From a virus (Duplodnaviria; Caudoviricetes): a DNA stretch of 28,240 bases. Location: IMG/VR virus record IMGVR_UViG_3300020042_010164, positions 1-28,240 of that record; one strand, given 5' to 3'. The position numbers were made by a program, and so were the translations under genes. Shown piece after piece: positions 17,801-25,725 of the stretch (position 1 is its first letter; every line of letters begins with the position of its first letter). The notes under the pieces are model-generated. The model ran no database searches and was not told the origin of the DNA. It was given only the letters and a program-made list of their open reading frames with translations.

Positions 17801-17990
17801 CGATTTTGAAGATTGGTACGAGGCAAATTTCGGGAAGCTGCTCGGTGCGCAAGATGCGGAGAACAAGAGGGTTGTACGGCAGCTTTGGACATTAATAATT
17901 GAGCGCGTGGCTCGGAGTGTCGAGATATCCATCTTCGAGGAGATGGACGGGGAAAAGGTAGCAGCCATGATCAGGAGGATGAAAGCATGA
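17793..17990 (+). CDS. Hypothetical protein
   Basis: Overlaps the mazZ stop and is coupled to the next gene. Confidence 0.6.
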   Translation: MSNDFEDWYEANFGKLLGAQDAENKRVVRQLWTLIIERVARSVEISIFEEMDGEKVAAMIRRMKA

Positions 17991-18367
17991 AAGAAGAATG
18001 GCTGATGGCCGGGGTCGTAGTCCCGGTAGACGTTGAAACGACAGCAGCGCTGGTGGCTGAAATCAGGCGGCTGATCGACGTTGTTGGCGGCATGGCCTTG
18101 GCTCAGGCGCAGCAGAAGCCTGTGGCGTGGGGTGTCTTTGATGGCCTCAACCTGCACGACATGTTTTATGCCGAAGAGGACGCAAAGGACATGGCAAGGC
18201 TGAAAGGTGACGGTTCGGTTGTGAAGCCGCTCATCATCCCACCCGCAGCACAGCGCAAGCCGCTGACGGATGAGCAGCTTAACGAAATCGCTGATCGAAA
18301 TTATTCACATTGGGTTGAATTTGCCCGAGCAATCGAAGTCGCCCACGGCATTAAGGAGAACACATGA
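17987..18367 (+). CDS. Hypothetical protein (PVAW...RKPLTDE...FARAIE type)
   Basis: AGGAGG RBS, ATGA overlap. Motif pattern is common in small phage ORFs. Confidence 0.65.
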   Translation: MKEEWLMAGVVVPVDVETTAALVAEIRRLIDVVGGMALAQAQQKPVAWGVFDGLNLHDMFYAEEDAKDMARLKGDGSVVKPLIIPPAAQRKPLTDEQLNEIADRNYSHWVEFARAIEVAHGIKENT

Positions 18368-18591
18368 AGTTCCGCAAGAAGCCAGTTGTCATCGAGGCCA
18401 CGCAGTGGTTCAAACATGGTGACCACCCCGAGGTAAGCCCGCTATACGGATTCTTAGAGATAGGGTGGATTAACACCCTTGAAGGCGGTCACGAAGTCAC
18501 CCCCGGCGACTGGATCATCACTGGCGTGAAGGGTGAACACTACCCCTGCAAGCCCGACATTTTTGAGATGACTTATGAGGTGGCTGAATGA
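18364..18591 (+). CDS. Conserved phage protein (RKKPVVIEA...TLEG...GDWII...YPCKPDIF family)
   Basis: Recognisable widespread phage family motif. AAGGAG RBS. Confidence 0.8.
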   Translation: MKFRKKPVVIEATQWFKHGDHPEVSPLYGFLEIGWINTLEGGHEVTPGDWIITGVKGEHYPCKPDIFEMTYEVAE

Positions 18592-18794
18592 CACAAAGCA
18601 TGGGAAAAGGAATTGACAATATGAAAGATGACGACGACACCCAGTGCTACCGCTCAGAGCTTGAGGCGGCAGTCAAAGCAGAGCGTGAGGCGTGTGCATT
18701 GGTGTGCATCAACATAGCCAATAAACCATCCAACGTAATTTTGGGCGTGGCAATAGATTGCGCCGCCGCCATCAGAGCAAGGGGAACAGAATGA
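18588..18794 (+). CDS. Hypothetical protein (EREACA...CAAAIRARG type)
   Basis: ATGA overlaps at both ends. Start may be 18620. Confidence 0.55.
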   Translation: MTQSMGKGIDNMKDDDDTQCYRSELEAAVKAEREACALVCINIANKPSNVILGVAIDCAAAIRARGTE

Positions 18795-19354
18795 GTTTAA
18801 CAACTGCTGAACAATTGAGGGCGTGCCACGTGCGCCGGTGGCACATCGTGCAAGTCGCCCGCGAGCAAACGCTGGCCGAGCATTCATTCGCGGTGGCGGT
18901 GATCGCCGGATCGCTCGCTGCGGCGATGCGGTGGAAGGGGCTGATGCACAACAACCTACAACTCAAGCTGCTCCAATGGTCGCTGTCGCACGACATCATC
19001 GAAGTGCGTACGGGTGATGTGCCGACGCCGTTTAAGCGATTCTTGGAGCTGGCGGGGGGCGAGGGTGTGGTGGAAAAGGCCGAGGATCTGGTGGATAGCG
19101 ACTATGGGGGCGTGCACAGGGAAATGAAGGCTACCGATATAGGCACTATCGTCAAGCTCGCAGACCAAATCGAGGCGATCTATTTCCTGCAGGACAACGG
19201 ACTGGGGGCGCACGCGCTCCAGGTGCTGGACGGGTTGCGCGATATACTCTCCAAGATGGTCGTCGATATAGAAGCGGGTTACCCCCACCTGAACGTTCGT
19301 GGGGCTGTCCGGCAAGTGTGCAAAGATGTAGGAATACACGGAGGGTGGTTATGA
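18791..19354 (+). CDS. datZ: DatZ, HD-domain dATP triphosphohydrolase
   Basis: LRACHVRRW...QTLAEH...HDIIEVRTGDVPTPFK...LADQIEA...NGLGAHA closely resembles S-2L DatZ as I recall it. Co-located with purZ and mazZ. Confidence 0.88.
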   Translation: MSLTTAEQLRACHVRRWHIVQVAREQTLAEHSFAVAVIAGSLAAAMRWKGLMHNNLQLKLLQWSLSHDIIEVRTGDVPTPFKRFLELAGGEGVVEKAEDLVDSDYGGVHREMKATDIGTIVKLADQIEAIYFLQDNGLGAHALQVLDGLRDILSKMVVDIEAGYPHLNVRGAVRQVCKDVGIHGGWL

Positions 19355-19545
19355 AATGCGTCGCGTGCGGGTATACCACGATGGTCACGACGACGTACCA
19401 GAACGTCAACAACACGACTAAGCGCCGAAGGTACTGCCTCAAATGTATGTTCAGGTTCACAACCCGCGAAATACCGGAGGAGAAGGACCAGAAGCGGGTC
19501 GAAGCGTGGCGCAAGAAAAAGGTCATAGCTACGGCGGGGGGTTGA
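19351..19545 (+). CDS. NrdR N-terminal-like zinc-ribbon protein
   Basis: MKCxxC...KRRRYCxxCxxRFTTxE with no ATP-cone. ATGA overlap with datZ. Confidence 0.7.
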   Translation: MKCVACGYTTMVTTTYQNVNNTTKRRRYCLKCMFRFTTREIPEEKDQKRVEAWRKKKVIATAGG

Positions 19546-19570
19546 CAGGATGTTGTACCGGTGTTATAAT
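19542..19570 (+). promoter_or_regulatory. Consensus sigma70 promoter for the deacetylase operon
   Basis: TTGACA-17 nt-TATAAT with extended -10 TG. The -35 contains the upstream TGA stop. ATAGAGG RBS at 19589. Confidence 0.85.
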
Positions 19571-19602
19571 CGAGGGTTCATTCATCACATAGAGGACACA
19601 CC

Positions 19603-20439
19603 ATGACGCCGATCTACTACCACCCCGAGCAGGCAGCTTCGTACGATTTCATCTCGATCACGAAGATCCCCGAGTTCGTTCGCCAGTCGGGACGCAAGCC
19701 CGAGCACGTGGACCTGCTCGAACCCAGCGACCTGCACTGCGCACATTTGCCCGGATTCGTTGACGGGGTCATAGCGGGGAAACACCCGAACGGGTTTGGG
19801 AACCGAAAAGCTGCAGTCAACCGGGCGGTAATAGCGTCGAACAGCGCGTTCTTCGACGCTGCGACCCGGGTGCTCCGGCATGGAGGTGTTGCCTGTGCTG
19901 CCACGCAGGGGTTCCACCACGCGCACTGGGACCATTGCTGGGGCTACTGCACGTTCAACGGGTTGATGGTCGCCGCTGTACGGGCGGTGAACACGGGTGC
20001 ACGGGTGTTGATCGTCGACGGGGATGCGCACCACGGGGACGGGACCGACGACATCATCGCTAGACTGGGCTTGAAGGACAGTGTGACGAACATCACTCGT
20101 GAACTGCTTAGCAAGGAGAAATTCCGGAAGTACCCGTACGAGATGTGGGAGGCGCTGTTCCAGGGGTTGATTCGGACCTACAAGCCGAGTATAATAATGT
20201 ACCAAGCCGGTGCGGACGCTTGGGACCAAGACCCGTACGGGGCCGGGTACCTGTCGAAGGAGGGGCTGGCGGCACGGGATCGGGGACTGTTCAAGGCCGC
20301 TCGCGGGCTGGGGGTGCCGGTGGTGTGGAACCTAGCTGGCGGGTATAGCGACCCGATGCAGCTGACGATCGACCTGCACTTGCAGACTTTAACAATCTCG
20401 GACGAGGTATACCATGGCACCACCGATCCCCAAAAGTAA
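19603..20439 (+). CDS. Zn-dependent histone deacetylase-family (AcuC/APAH-like) hydrolase
   Basis: GFHHA, GYCTFN, DGDAHHGDGT, QAGADAWxxDP and GGY catalytic and Zn motifs are all present. Confidence 0.9.
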   Translation: MTPIYYHPEQAASYDFISITKIPEFVRQSGRKPEHVDLLEPSDLHCAHLPGFVDGVIAGKHPNGFGNRKAAVNRAVIASNSAFFDAATRVLRHGGVACAATQGFHHAHWDHCWGYCTFNGLMVAAVRAVNTGARVLIVDGDAHHGDGTDDIIARLGLKDSVTNITRELLSKEKFRKYPYEMWEALFQGLIRTYKPSIIMYQAGADAWDQDPYGAGYLSKEGLAARDRGLFKAARGLGVPVVWNLAGGYSDPMQLTIDLHLQTLTISDEVYHGTTDPQK

Positions 20440-21649
20440 CATGTCTTTCGCCGACCTCATGGGCGGCGTGGCCGGTGTACACAAAAAGCTCGCGGCGCTG
20501 CCGGGAACGGCACGAATCGACCCCGCTTTCCGGAGGTCCACAGCTGGCATGCTGCCCGAGGATGTGGTCGAAGCGTACAACAATCGGGGCGTGTTCGGCA
20601 AAACCGCTAGCGGAGAACCGATTCGGGCCACGATGTCGACCAAAAGCCAGCGGAACGAACCCATCGTAGCGAAAGGCCGCATGCCGCTCGACGGTTTTCT
20701 CCGATTGGACCCGGAAAGCAAAGCATCAGGCAAAATGAGTGCGGGCTCTAGGACCGACCGAGCGCCCGAGATTTCGTGGTCGGCAGATATGATTAGTTCG
20801 CGGAAACCCTTAACGAAGTCGTTTCAGGACCGGATAAAGGCGGGGTTTAATGACCCCACGCGCCCCTACGATCCGCCCACAATGTTGGAGTTCTACAGCA
20901 TGGGCGTGGTACCCTCGCAACGTCACGGTAGAGAGTGGTACCACGATGTGCCGGGGAAGGGTAAAGAAATGTACGCGCTGGCCTACGACCTCGCTCGGGC
21001 GGGGGGTCACGGGAATTCGATCGAGCACCTAACGGACGTGAACAAGGTGCGGCGATTGGGTAATGTGCTTTCGCATGGGTTGGCGCACAAGAACCTAGGC
21101 GGTATAGCCCCTTTCGACGAGGCTGCGTACAGTTCCGGAAGGTCCGCGATTCCACAACTGCAAGAAGTCGTTGACCCCGGGAATGAATCGGACTGGGCTC
21201 GAATGCTGTTAGACCCGGACTCCCGGCAGGCGCTCTCGGAGCTTGGTACTAAAGACAGGCCAGGAGCGGACTTGACGTCGTGGTCCGACGACCAACTGAT
21301 GGGACTGATGCTCACGCGGGAAGCGCAGCTGGCTTCAGCCGGTGGTCCCAAAAGCGGATCGCGCCTAGCACCGCTCCGGATTCTCGACCCCGATGTTAGC
21401 GTGGACGATCCGGCATCACTCGCCCGGATAGCACTGCCCAATGTGCAAAGGCACTCGGGTTCGGTGTTTGGTGCGTTCGGACCGGCGACGATCGGAAGGC
21501 AGCTGACCACCGAAGAGACCCTCGCACGGTTGATCCGGGAAGGCGTCACACCGGACGAAATTGTAGAAGACATGATCAAACGGGCACCCGAGGGTGGATA
21601 CAAAGGCCGATATAGAAAAGGGGGACTAGTTGCAGCACTTCAAAGTTGA
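20414..21649 (+). CDS. Hypothetical 411-aa protein with C-terminal YRKGGLV motif and a possible GNAT-like segment
   Basis: Long ORF overlapping the deacetylase stop, GAGGT RBS. Function is inference only. Confidence 0.6.
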   Translation: MAPPIPKSNMSFADLMGGVAGVHKKLAALPGTARIDPAFRRSTAGMLPEDVVEAYNNRGVFGKTASGEPIRATMSTKSQRNEPIVAKGRMPLDGFLRLDPESKASGKMSAGSRTDRAPEISWSADMISSRKPLTKSFQDRIKAGFNDPTRPYDPPTMLEFYSMGVVPSQRHGREWYHDVPGKGKEMYALAYDLARAGGHGNSIEHLTDVNKVRRLGNVLSHGLAHKNLGGIAPFDEAAYSSGRSAIPQLQEVVDPGNESDWARMLLDPDSRQALSELGTKDRPGADLTSWSDDQLMGLMLTREAQLASAGGPKSGSRLAPLRILDPDVSVDDPASLARIALPNVQRHSGSVFGAFGPATIGRQLTTEETLARLIREGVTPDEIVEDMIKRAPEGGYKGRYRKGGLVAALQS

Positions 21650-21905
21650 TATAGACGCGATTACTGATGAACGGGGTAGACAGTACGGGGATTTCACGCA
21701 CCAAGGCGTCATCGCGCAGGATCTGAAAGAGTACATGCGCGAGCAGGACGGGTGGAGGCGGCTGAAAAGCCACCAGAAGGAGTCGCTCGACATGATCGCG
21801 CACAAGATTTCGCGGATTCTGAACGGTGACCCGCAGCACCGGGATTCGTGGGTGGACATAGCGGGGTACGCGCAAATCACGGCGGAGAGGATAATTGACA
21901 AGTAG
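21630..21905 (+). CDS. DUF6378-like protein (associated with phage nucleotide-modification loci)
   Basis: ERGxxYGDF...KISRILNGDP...DSWVDIAGYA. TTG start after AAGGGGG. Confidence 0.75.
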   Translation: MQHFKVDIDAITDERGRQYGDFTHQGVIAQDLKEYMREQDGWRRLKSHQKESLDMIAHKISRILNGDPQHRDSWVDIAGYAQITAERIIDK

Positions 21906-21949
21906 TCCCACCCGTGGTATAATAAAGTCTTTTAACCAACCGATAGAGG
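21895..21949 (+). promoter_or_regulatory. Repeated early promoter and leader cassette, copy 1
   Basis: TTGACA-17-TATAAT followed by AAAGTCTTTTAACCAACCGATAGAGG. Confidence 0.9.
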
Positions 21950-21957
21950 ACAGCAAA

Positions 21958-22260
21958 ATGGCTAAAGTCACAACTCCCGCGATTGTGGTCACCGCGCAGG
22001 TGATCGACGAATTGGCAGCACTGCGCGAGCAGATCGCATCGCTCGCCAAGCGCGAAAAGGAACTGGTCAAGGCGGTGCGCGATGACTGCAGCGGCGTGGA
22101 CACCGTGTACCGGGGCGTGAACTACGTGCTCAAGACTCGCCACGTGACCTCCGAGCGCCTCGACACGGTGGCCGCTCGCGAGCAGCTGGGCGAAGAGTGG
22201 TGCTCGATGCACACCAAGACCAGCGTGTCGATGAACATTGACGCGACGGAGGTGCTTTGA
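21958..22260 (+). CDS. Early hypothetical protein
   Basis: ATG follows the cassette RBS. Confidence 0.7.
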   Translation: MAKVTTPAIVVTAQVIDELAALREQIASLAKREKELVKAVRDDCSGVDTVYRGVNYVLKTRHVTSERLDTVAAREQLGEEWCSMHTKTSVSMNIDATEVL

Positions 22261-22343
22261 TGTCCGCCGAGCGCGTGGAACGGGTGGTCTTTTTGGTCGC
22301 CCTTATCGTCATCGCCCTCGACGTTTTGTACTGGAGACCCTGA
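22260..22343 (+). CDS. 27-aa single-TM membrane peptide (MSAERVERVVFLVALIVIALDVLYWRP)
   Basis: TGATG coupling, GGAGG RBS, hydrophobic core. Too short for the ORF track. Confidence 0.6.
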   Translation: MSAERVERVVFLVALIVIALDVLYWRP

Positions 22344-22344
22344 G

Positions 22345-22512
22345 ATGACCGATACCGAAAGAGAACTGGACTTGGCGCTTGGTGAAGCGCAGGCCGAAAT
22401 CGCGAAGCTGCGAGCCGAAAAGGAGAAGCTGTACCTTTTGGTGAGCGACATGGATCACCGGCTGCTCGCGATCCGCGACCTGACCAGCATGGCGAAGCTG
22501 GCAGATACTTGA
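22345..22512 (+). CDS. 55-aa coiled-coil hypothetical protein
   Basis: GGAG RBS. Its stop lies within the -35 of the next promoter. Too short for the ORF track. Confidence 0.6.
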   Translation: MTDTERELDLALGEAQAEIAKLRAEKEKLYLLVSDMDHRLLAIRDLTSMAKLADT

Positions 22513-22565
22513 CAGACTGTTGTACGAGTGGTATAATTGAGACTTCAACAACCAACCAATAGAGG
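22509..22565 (+). promoter_or_regulatory. Early promoter and leader cassette, variant copy
   Basis: TTGACA-17-TATAAT followed by ...ACTTCAACAACCAACCAATAGAGG. Confidence 0.88.
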
Positions 22566-22573
22566 ACACCATC

Positions 22574-23551
22574 ATGGCTCACGAACTGCACATCAATCGC
22601 GCCGGTAAAGCTGCTATGGCCTACGTGGGGGAGACCCCGTGGCACGGACTCGGGCAAGCGCTCACCCCTGACGCGAATCTGGATACCTGGACCCGCGAGG
22701 CGGGGTTCGACTGGGAAATTAAAAAGGGCGCGATCGCCTACGAGGTGCGCGACGAGAATGACGCGCCGATTCGCATGCAGACCGTGCCCAAGCGCTGGGC
22801 GCTGTACCGGAGCGACACTGGCGCTCCGCTTTCGGTGATGTCGAGCAATTACCACATCACGCAGCCCCGCGACGTGATGGAGTTCTTTCGCGACCTGTGC
22901 GAGGTGGGCGGTTTCAAGATGGAGACCGCCGGTATGCTGCGCGAGGGCGCGACCTACTGGGCGCTGGCTAAGGCGGACGATTCGTTCGACGTGGGTGGTG
23001 GTGACGTGGTGCTGCCGTACCTGCTGCTCGCGACCTCTTGCGACGGGACGCTTTCGAATCTCGCGCAATTCACCACCACCCGGGTGGTCTGCAACAATAC
23101 ACTCTCGGTCGCGGTCGACAACAAGACTGGGCAGATCCGCGTACCGCATAGCACGCAGTTCAACCCGACGCGGTTCAAGACCGAGCTTGGGCTCGTGGGC
23201 GGCACGTGGGACAAGTTCAAAGCGGACGCGACGACGATGTCCAAGCGCACCGTGTCGAAAGAGGAGGCGGTGAAGTATTTCCTCGACGTGTTCTATGGTG
23301 CGGACGAGGACATCGACCCGAAAGCCAAGCGCCCGATGATCGAGTTGGTGACTAAGATCTACCTCGACGGGATCGGGCAGCAGACGAAAACGGCAACCGG
23401 CACCGCTTGGGGGCTGCTGAACGCCGTGACCCGGTTCGCCGATCATGAGCGTGGTGCCACCTCGCGGGACACGCGCCTGCAATCGGCTTGGTTCGGTGCT
23501 GGCGCTCGGTTGAAACGCGACGCGCTCCAGTCGGCACTCGCCTTGGTATAA
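22574..23551 (+). CDS. DUF932 / phage-plasmid TIGR03299-like protein
   Basis: MAHE...PWHGLG...YLLLATSCDG...RVVCNNTL...H...GTAWGLLNAVT...DH pattern. Confidence 0.88.
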   Translation: MAHELHINRAGKAAMAYVGETPWHGLGQALTPDANLDTWTREAGFDWEIKKGAIAYEVRDENDAPIRMQTVPKRWALYRSDTGAPLSVMSSNYHITQPRDVMEFFRDLCEVGGFKMETAGMLREGATYWALAKADDSFDVGGGDVVLPYLLLATSCDGTLSNLAQFTTTRVVCNNTLSVAVDNKTGQIRVPHSTQFNPTRFKTELGLVGGTWDKFKADATTMSKRTVSKEEAVKYFLDVFYGADEDIDPKAKRPMIELVTKIYLDGIGQQTKTATGTAWGLLNAVTRFADHERGATSRDTRLQSAWFGAGARLKRDALQSALALV

Positions 23552-23588
23552 TCGGAACACTGCAGTAGGACGCTGCAGTTGCCATTTG

Positions 23589-23620
23589 GGGAGGGCTCGT
23601 GAGGGCTCTCCCGCTTTTTT
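23589..23620 (+). terminator. Rho-independent terminator
   Basis: GGGAGGGCTC-GTGA-GGGCTCTCCC stem with a GNRA loop, followed by GC and T6. Confidence 0.75.
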
Positions 23621-23637
23621 ACACATAGAGGACAGGT

Positions 23638-23853
23638 ATGAACACACTAGCACCAATCGCCGACGCGCTCCGCCGCTTTACCGGCAAAAGAACGCTGCGC
23701 GAAACGATGGAGCAAGACCTGCTGGAGTCGTCTTTCGCTCTGCTCAGGGCTCAAAACGCGGTCGAATACGCCGAGGCGATCGTCGCGTACAACAAAACGA
23801 AAATAGGCAGGCTTCAAATCCTACTGCTCGAAGCGCAGCTTAAGGGGGATTGA
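23638..23853 (+). CDS. Early hypothetical protein
   Basis: ATAGAGG RBS at 23625. Stop lies within the next -35. Confidence 0.65.
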   Translation: MNTLAPIADALRRFTGKRTLRETMEQDLLESSFALLRAQNAVEYAEAIVAYNKTKIGRLQILLLEAQLKGD

Positions 23854-23904
23854 CAGAGTGTTGCACCCGTGGTATAATAAAGTCTTTTAACCAACCGATA
23901 GAGG
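23850..23904 (+). promoter_or_regulatory. Repeated early promoter and leader cassette, copy 2
   Basis: TTGACA-17-TATAAT followed by AAAGTCTTTTAACCAACCGATAGAGG. Confidence 0.9.
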
Positions 23905-23910
23905 CCTAAA

Positions 23911-24198
23911 ATGCAAGCAATGCAAAGATACCAAGACATGACCGACGCGGAGCGTCGCCAGATCCGCATGTACGGGTGCACCGAGGCGCAAATGCGCGAA
24001 GCGGTCGAGCGGTCGCTCACGTTCCGCTTTTCGGGTCCAGCGATGTATGCCGCGTCTATCCTGTCGGACGCGCAGGAGATGATCGCGCACGACGATGGCG
24101 GCACGTTCAGCTTCATGCAAGTCGAGGACGCACGGCAGGCGATGAACCGGGCGAAGTGGATTCTGTTCACCTATTTGATGCAAGGAGATGCAAAATGA
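23911..24198 (+). CDS. Early hypothetical protein
   Basis: Follows the cassette RBS. Confidence 0.7.
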   Translation: MQAMQRYQDMTDAERRQIRMYGCTEAQMREAVERSLTFRFSGPAMYAASILSDAQEMIAHDDGGTFSFMQVEDARQAMNRAKWILFTYLMQGDAK

Positions 24199-24452
24199 AC
24201 GTAAGTCACCCAGCTATGTTGCAGGAAGCCGCCCGAATGTGGCTCGACCTGAACAAGCGGGACGTCGCCGAAATCCGGCTGGACGACCTGCTGAACCCGC
24301 ACGCGGACGACCCGATCGTCTCGATCGACTGGCTCTCGGACGATGGCCGGTACCCGACCCTGTTAGCGGTGCAGGTGCTGCAGGAGTCCGGCATCGAAAC
24401 CCGCATCTGGCTTGGTGGTCCGATCGACCAGACCCTGGGAGGTCCATTATGA
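24195..24452 (+). CDS. Early hypothetical protein
   Basis: ATGA overlap, AAGGAG RBS. Confidence 0.65.
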   Translation: MNVSHPAMLQEAARMWLDLNKRDVAEIRLDDLLNPHADDPIVSIDWLSDDGRYPTLLAVQVLQESGIETRIWLGGPIDQTLGGPL

Positions 24453-24658
24453 ACAAGCCCAGTTGGTTCGACACGTTGAACGATGCGCTCGACGCCGAGG
24501 GGCTGGTCGAGTCGTGGCCGATCACGAGCCCACCGATCGCCTACGGCGAAACGCGCCAATGGGCGTGGGATAACGGCACTCGCTGGGGTCGGTGGGTGAC
24601 GGTCTACCGGAGCGAAACCGGCAGGTACGAGCGCCCTGTGCATTATTCGCGGGGATAG
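24449..24658 (+). CDS. Early hypothetical protein (Trp-rich, YERPVHY)
   Basis: ATGA overlap, GGAGG RBS. Confidence 0.65.
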   Translation: MNKPSWFDTLNDALDAEGLVESWPITSPPIAYGETRQWAWDNGTRWGRWVTVYRSETGRYERPVHYSRG

Positions 24659-24663
24659 GGGGA

Positions 24664-24718
24664 TTGACAAATTGCTCCACCCGTGTTATAATAAAGTCTT
24701 TTAACCAACCAATAGAGG
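24664..24718 (+). promoter_or_regulatory. Repeated early promoter and leader cassette, copy 3
   Basis: TTGACA-17-TATAAT followed by AAAGTCTTTTAACCAACCAATAGAGG. Confidence 0.9.
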
Positions 24719-24726
24719 CCCACATC

Positions 24727-25257
24727 ATGAAAATCGCAATCGACACCCGCACCGCTCACCAAGTCGAAATCATCGCCGTCAACGGCGGCTGGACCACCGT
24801 CCGCCAGATCGGACAGCGTAAAGAGTACAAGGTCCGCAATGGCCAGCTGTCGAAGATCACCGAGGTGCAGTCTGAAATCCTGCGCGAGTACGTGCTCACC
24901 GACCGTGACGCGAGCGCCAAAGGCGACATCGTGCGCCCAGTCACTACGCGCAAGCCGATCGAGGAGCGCCTCAACGGTGTCGTCTACGCTGGCTACCTGC
25001 CGCAGTACAGCGCCTACACGACTGTGCGGACCGACGGTACCAAAAAGCGCTCGATCGACAAGGGCGACAGCGTCGCCGAGCAGCTGCGCTCGCTGGAATT
25101 GCCCAGCGTCTACAAGCTCGTTGCCCGCACGCTGGAAGTGTCGAGCGATTCGCTGCTGGAGCGCTTTTGCCACCTGAACCCCGGCATGCAGCGCATGAAC
25201 CTGGGCAACATGCTCCGCCGTGCACTGCGCGAGCAGTCAGCAAAGGTGGCCGCGTGA
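24727..25257 (+). CDS. Early protein with C-terminal HLNPGMQRMNLGN domain
   Basis: ATG follows the cassette RBS. The motif is shared with 26194-26640. Confidence 0.7.
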   Translation: MKIAIDTRTAHQVEIIAVNGGWTTVRQIGQRKEYKVRNGQLSKITEVQSEILREYVLTDRDASAKGDIVRPVTTRKPIEERLNGVVYAGYLPQYSAYTTVRTDGTKKRSIDKGDSVAEQLRSLELPSVYKLVARTLEVSSDSLLERFCHLNPGMQRMNLGNMLRRALREQSAKVAA

Positions 25258-25469
25258 TGCGGGCGGCGGCGGTCCGAATCCGGACCGCTACCCTCAGCGG
25301 CGAAATGCTGCTGGGGGGTCAGCGGATACCGTTCAAAGCCGAAATCTCGTACCCCAAGATCATCGCGGAATTCGCCGAGCGGGACGAGAATTCGAACCCG
25401 ATCGACCAGTGGCTCGCGCTACAAGCGCTCGAAACGTTCGTGGACGAACACATGAGGGGGGCGACGTAA
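25257..25469 (+). CDS. Early hypothetical protein
   Basis: TGATG coupling. Confidence 0.6.
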   Translation: MRAAAVRIRTATLSGEMLLGGQRIPFKAEISYPKIIAEFAERDENSNPIDQWLALQALETFVDEHMRGAT

Positions 25470-25720
25470 TGGAAAAAGAAGTGACCCTAACGCAAAAGGC
25501 GAAGAACCAGATCGCGGCGGCGGAAAAAGCGCTCGCGGCGGTCGGCCTCGACCTGAACGCCTGCGTCGACCTCGTCTTCGCCCGCCACTTTGTGCACACC
25601 GCGAAACCCGGGGAGTCTTTCCCTGAGCTTTGGTCCGAGTGGATGGAGGACTCCGACCCGAAATGGTGTTCGCAGGTCCAGGTCGCGGTCGAGAAGCACG
25701 TCGAACGGTGGGACGACTAG
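25469..25720 (+). CDS. Early hypothetical protein
   Basis: TAATG coupling, GAGG RBS. Confidence 0.6.
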   Translation: MEKEVTLTQKAKNQIAAAEKALAAVGLDLNACVDLVFARHFVHTAKPGESFPELWSEWMEDSDPKWCSQVQVAVEKHVERWDD

Positions 25721-25725
25721 GGGGA

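Noticed and set aside
22130-23656. 508-aa minus-strand ORF
   Set aside because: Antisense shadow of the DUF932 gene and its neighbours in GC-rich sequence. No motifs, and it crosses plus-strand promoters.
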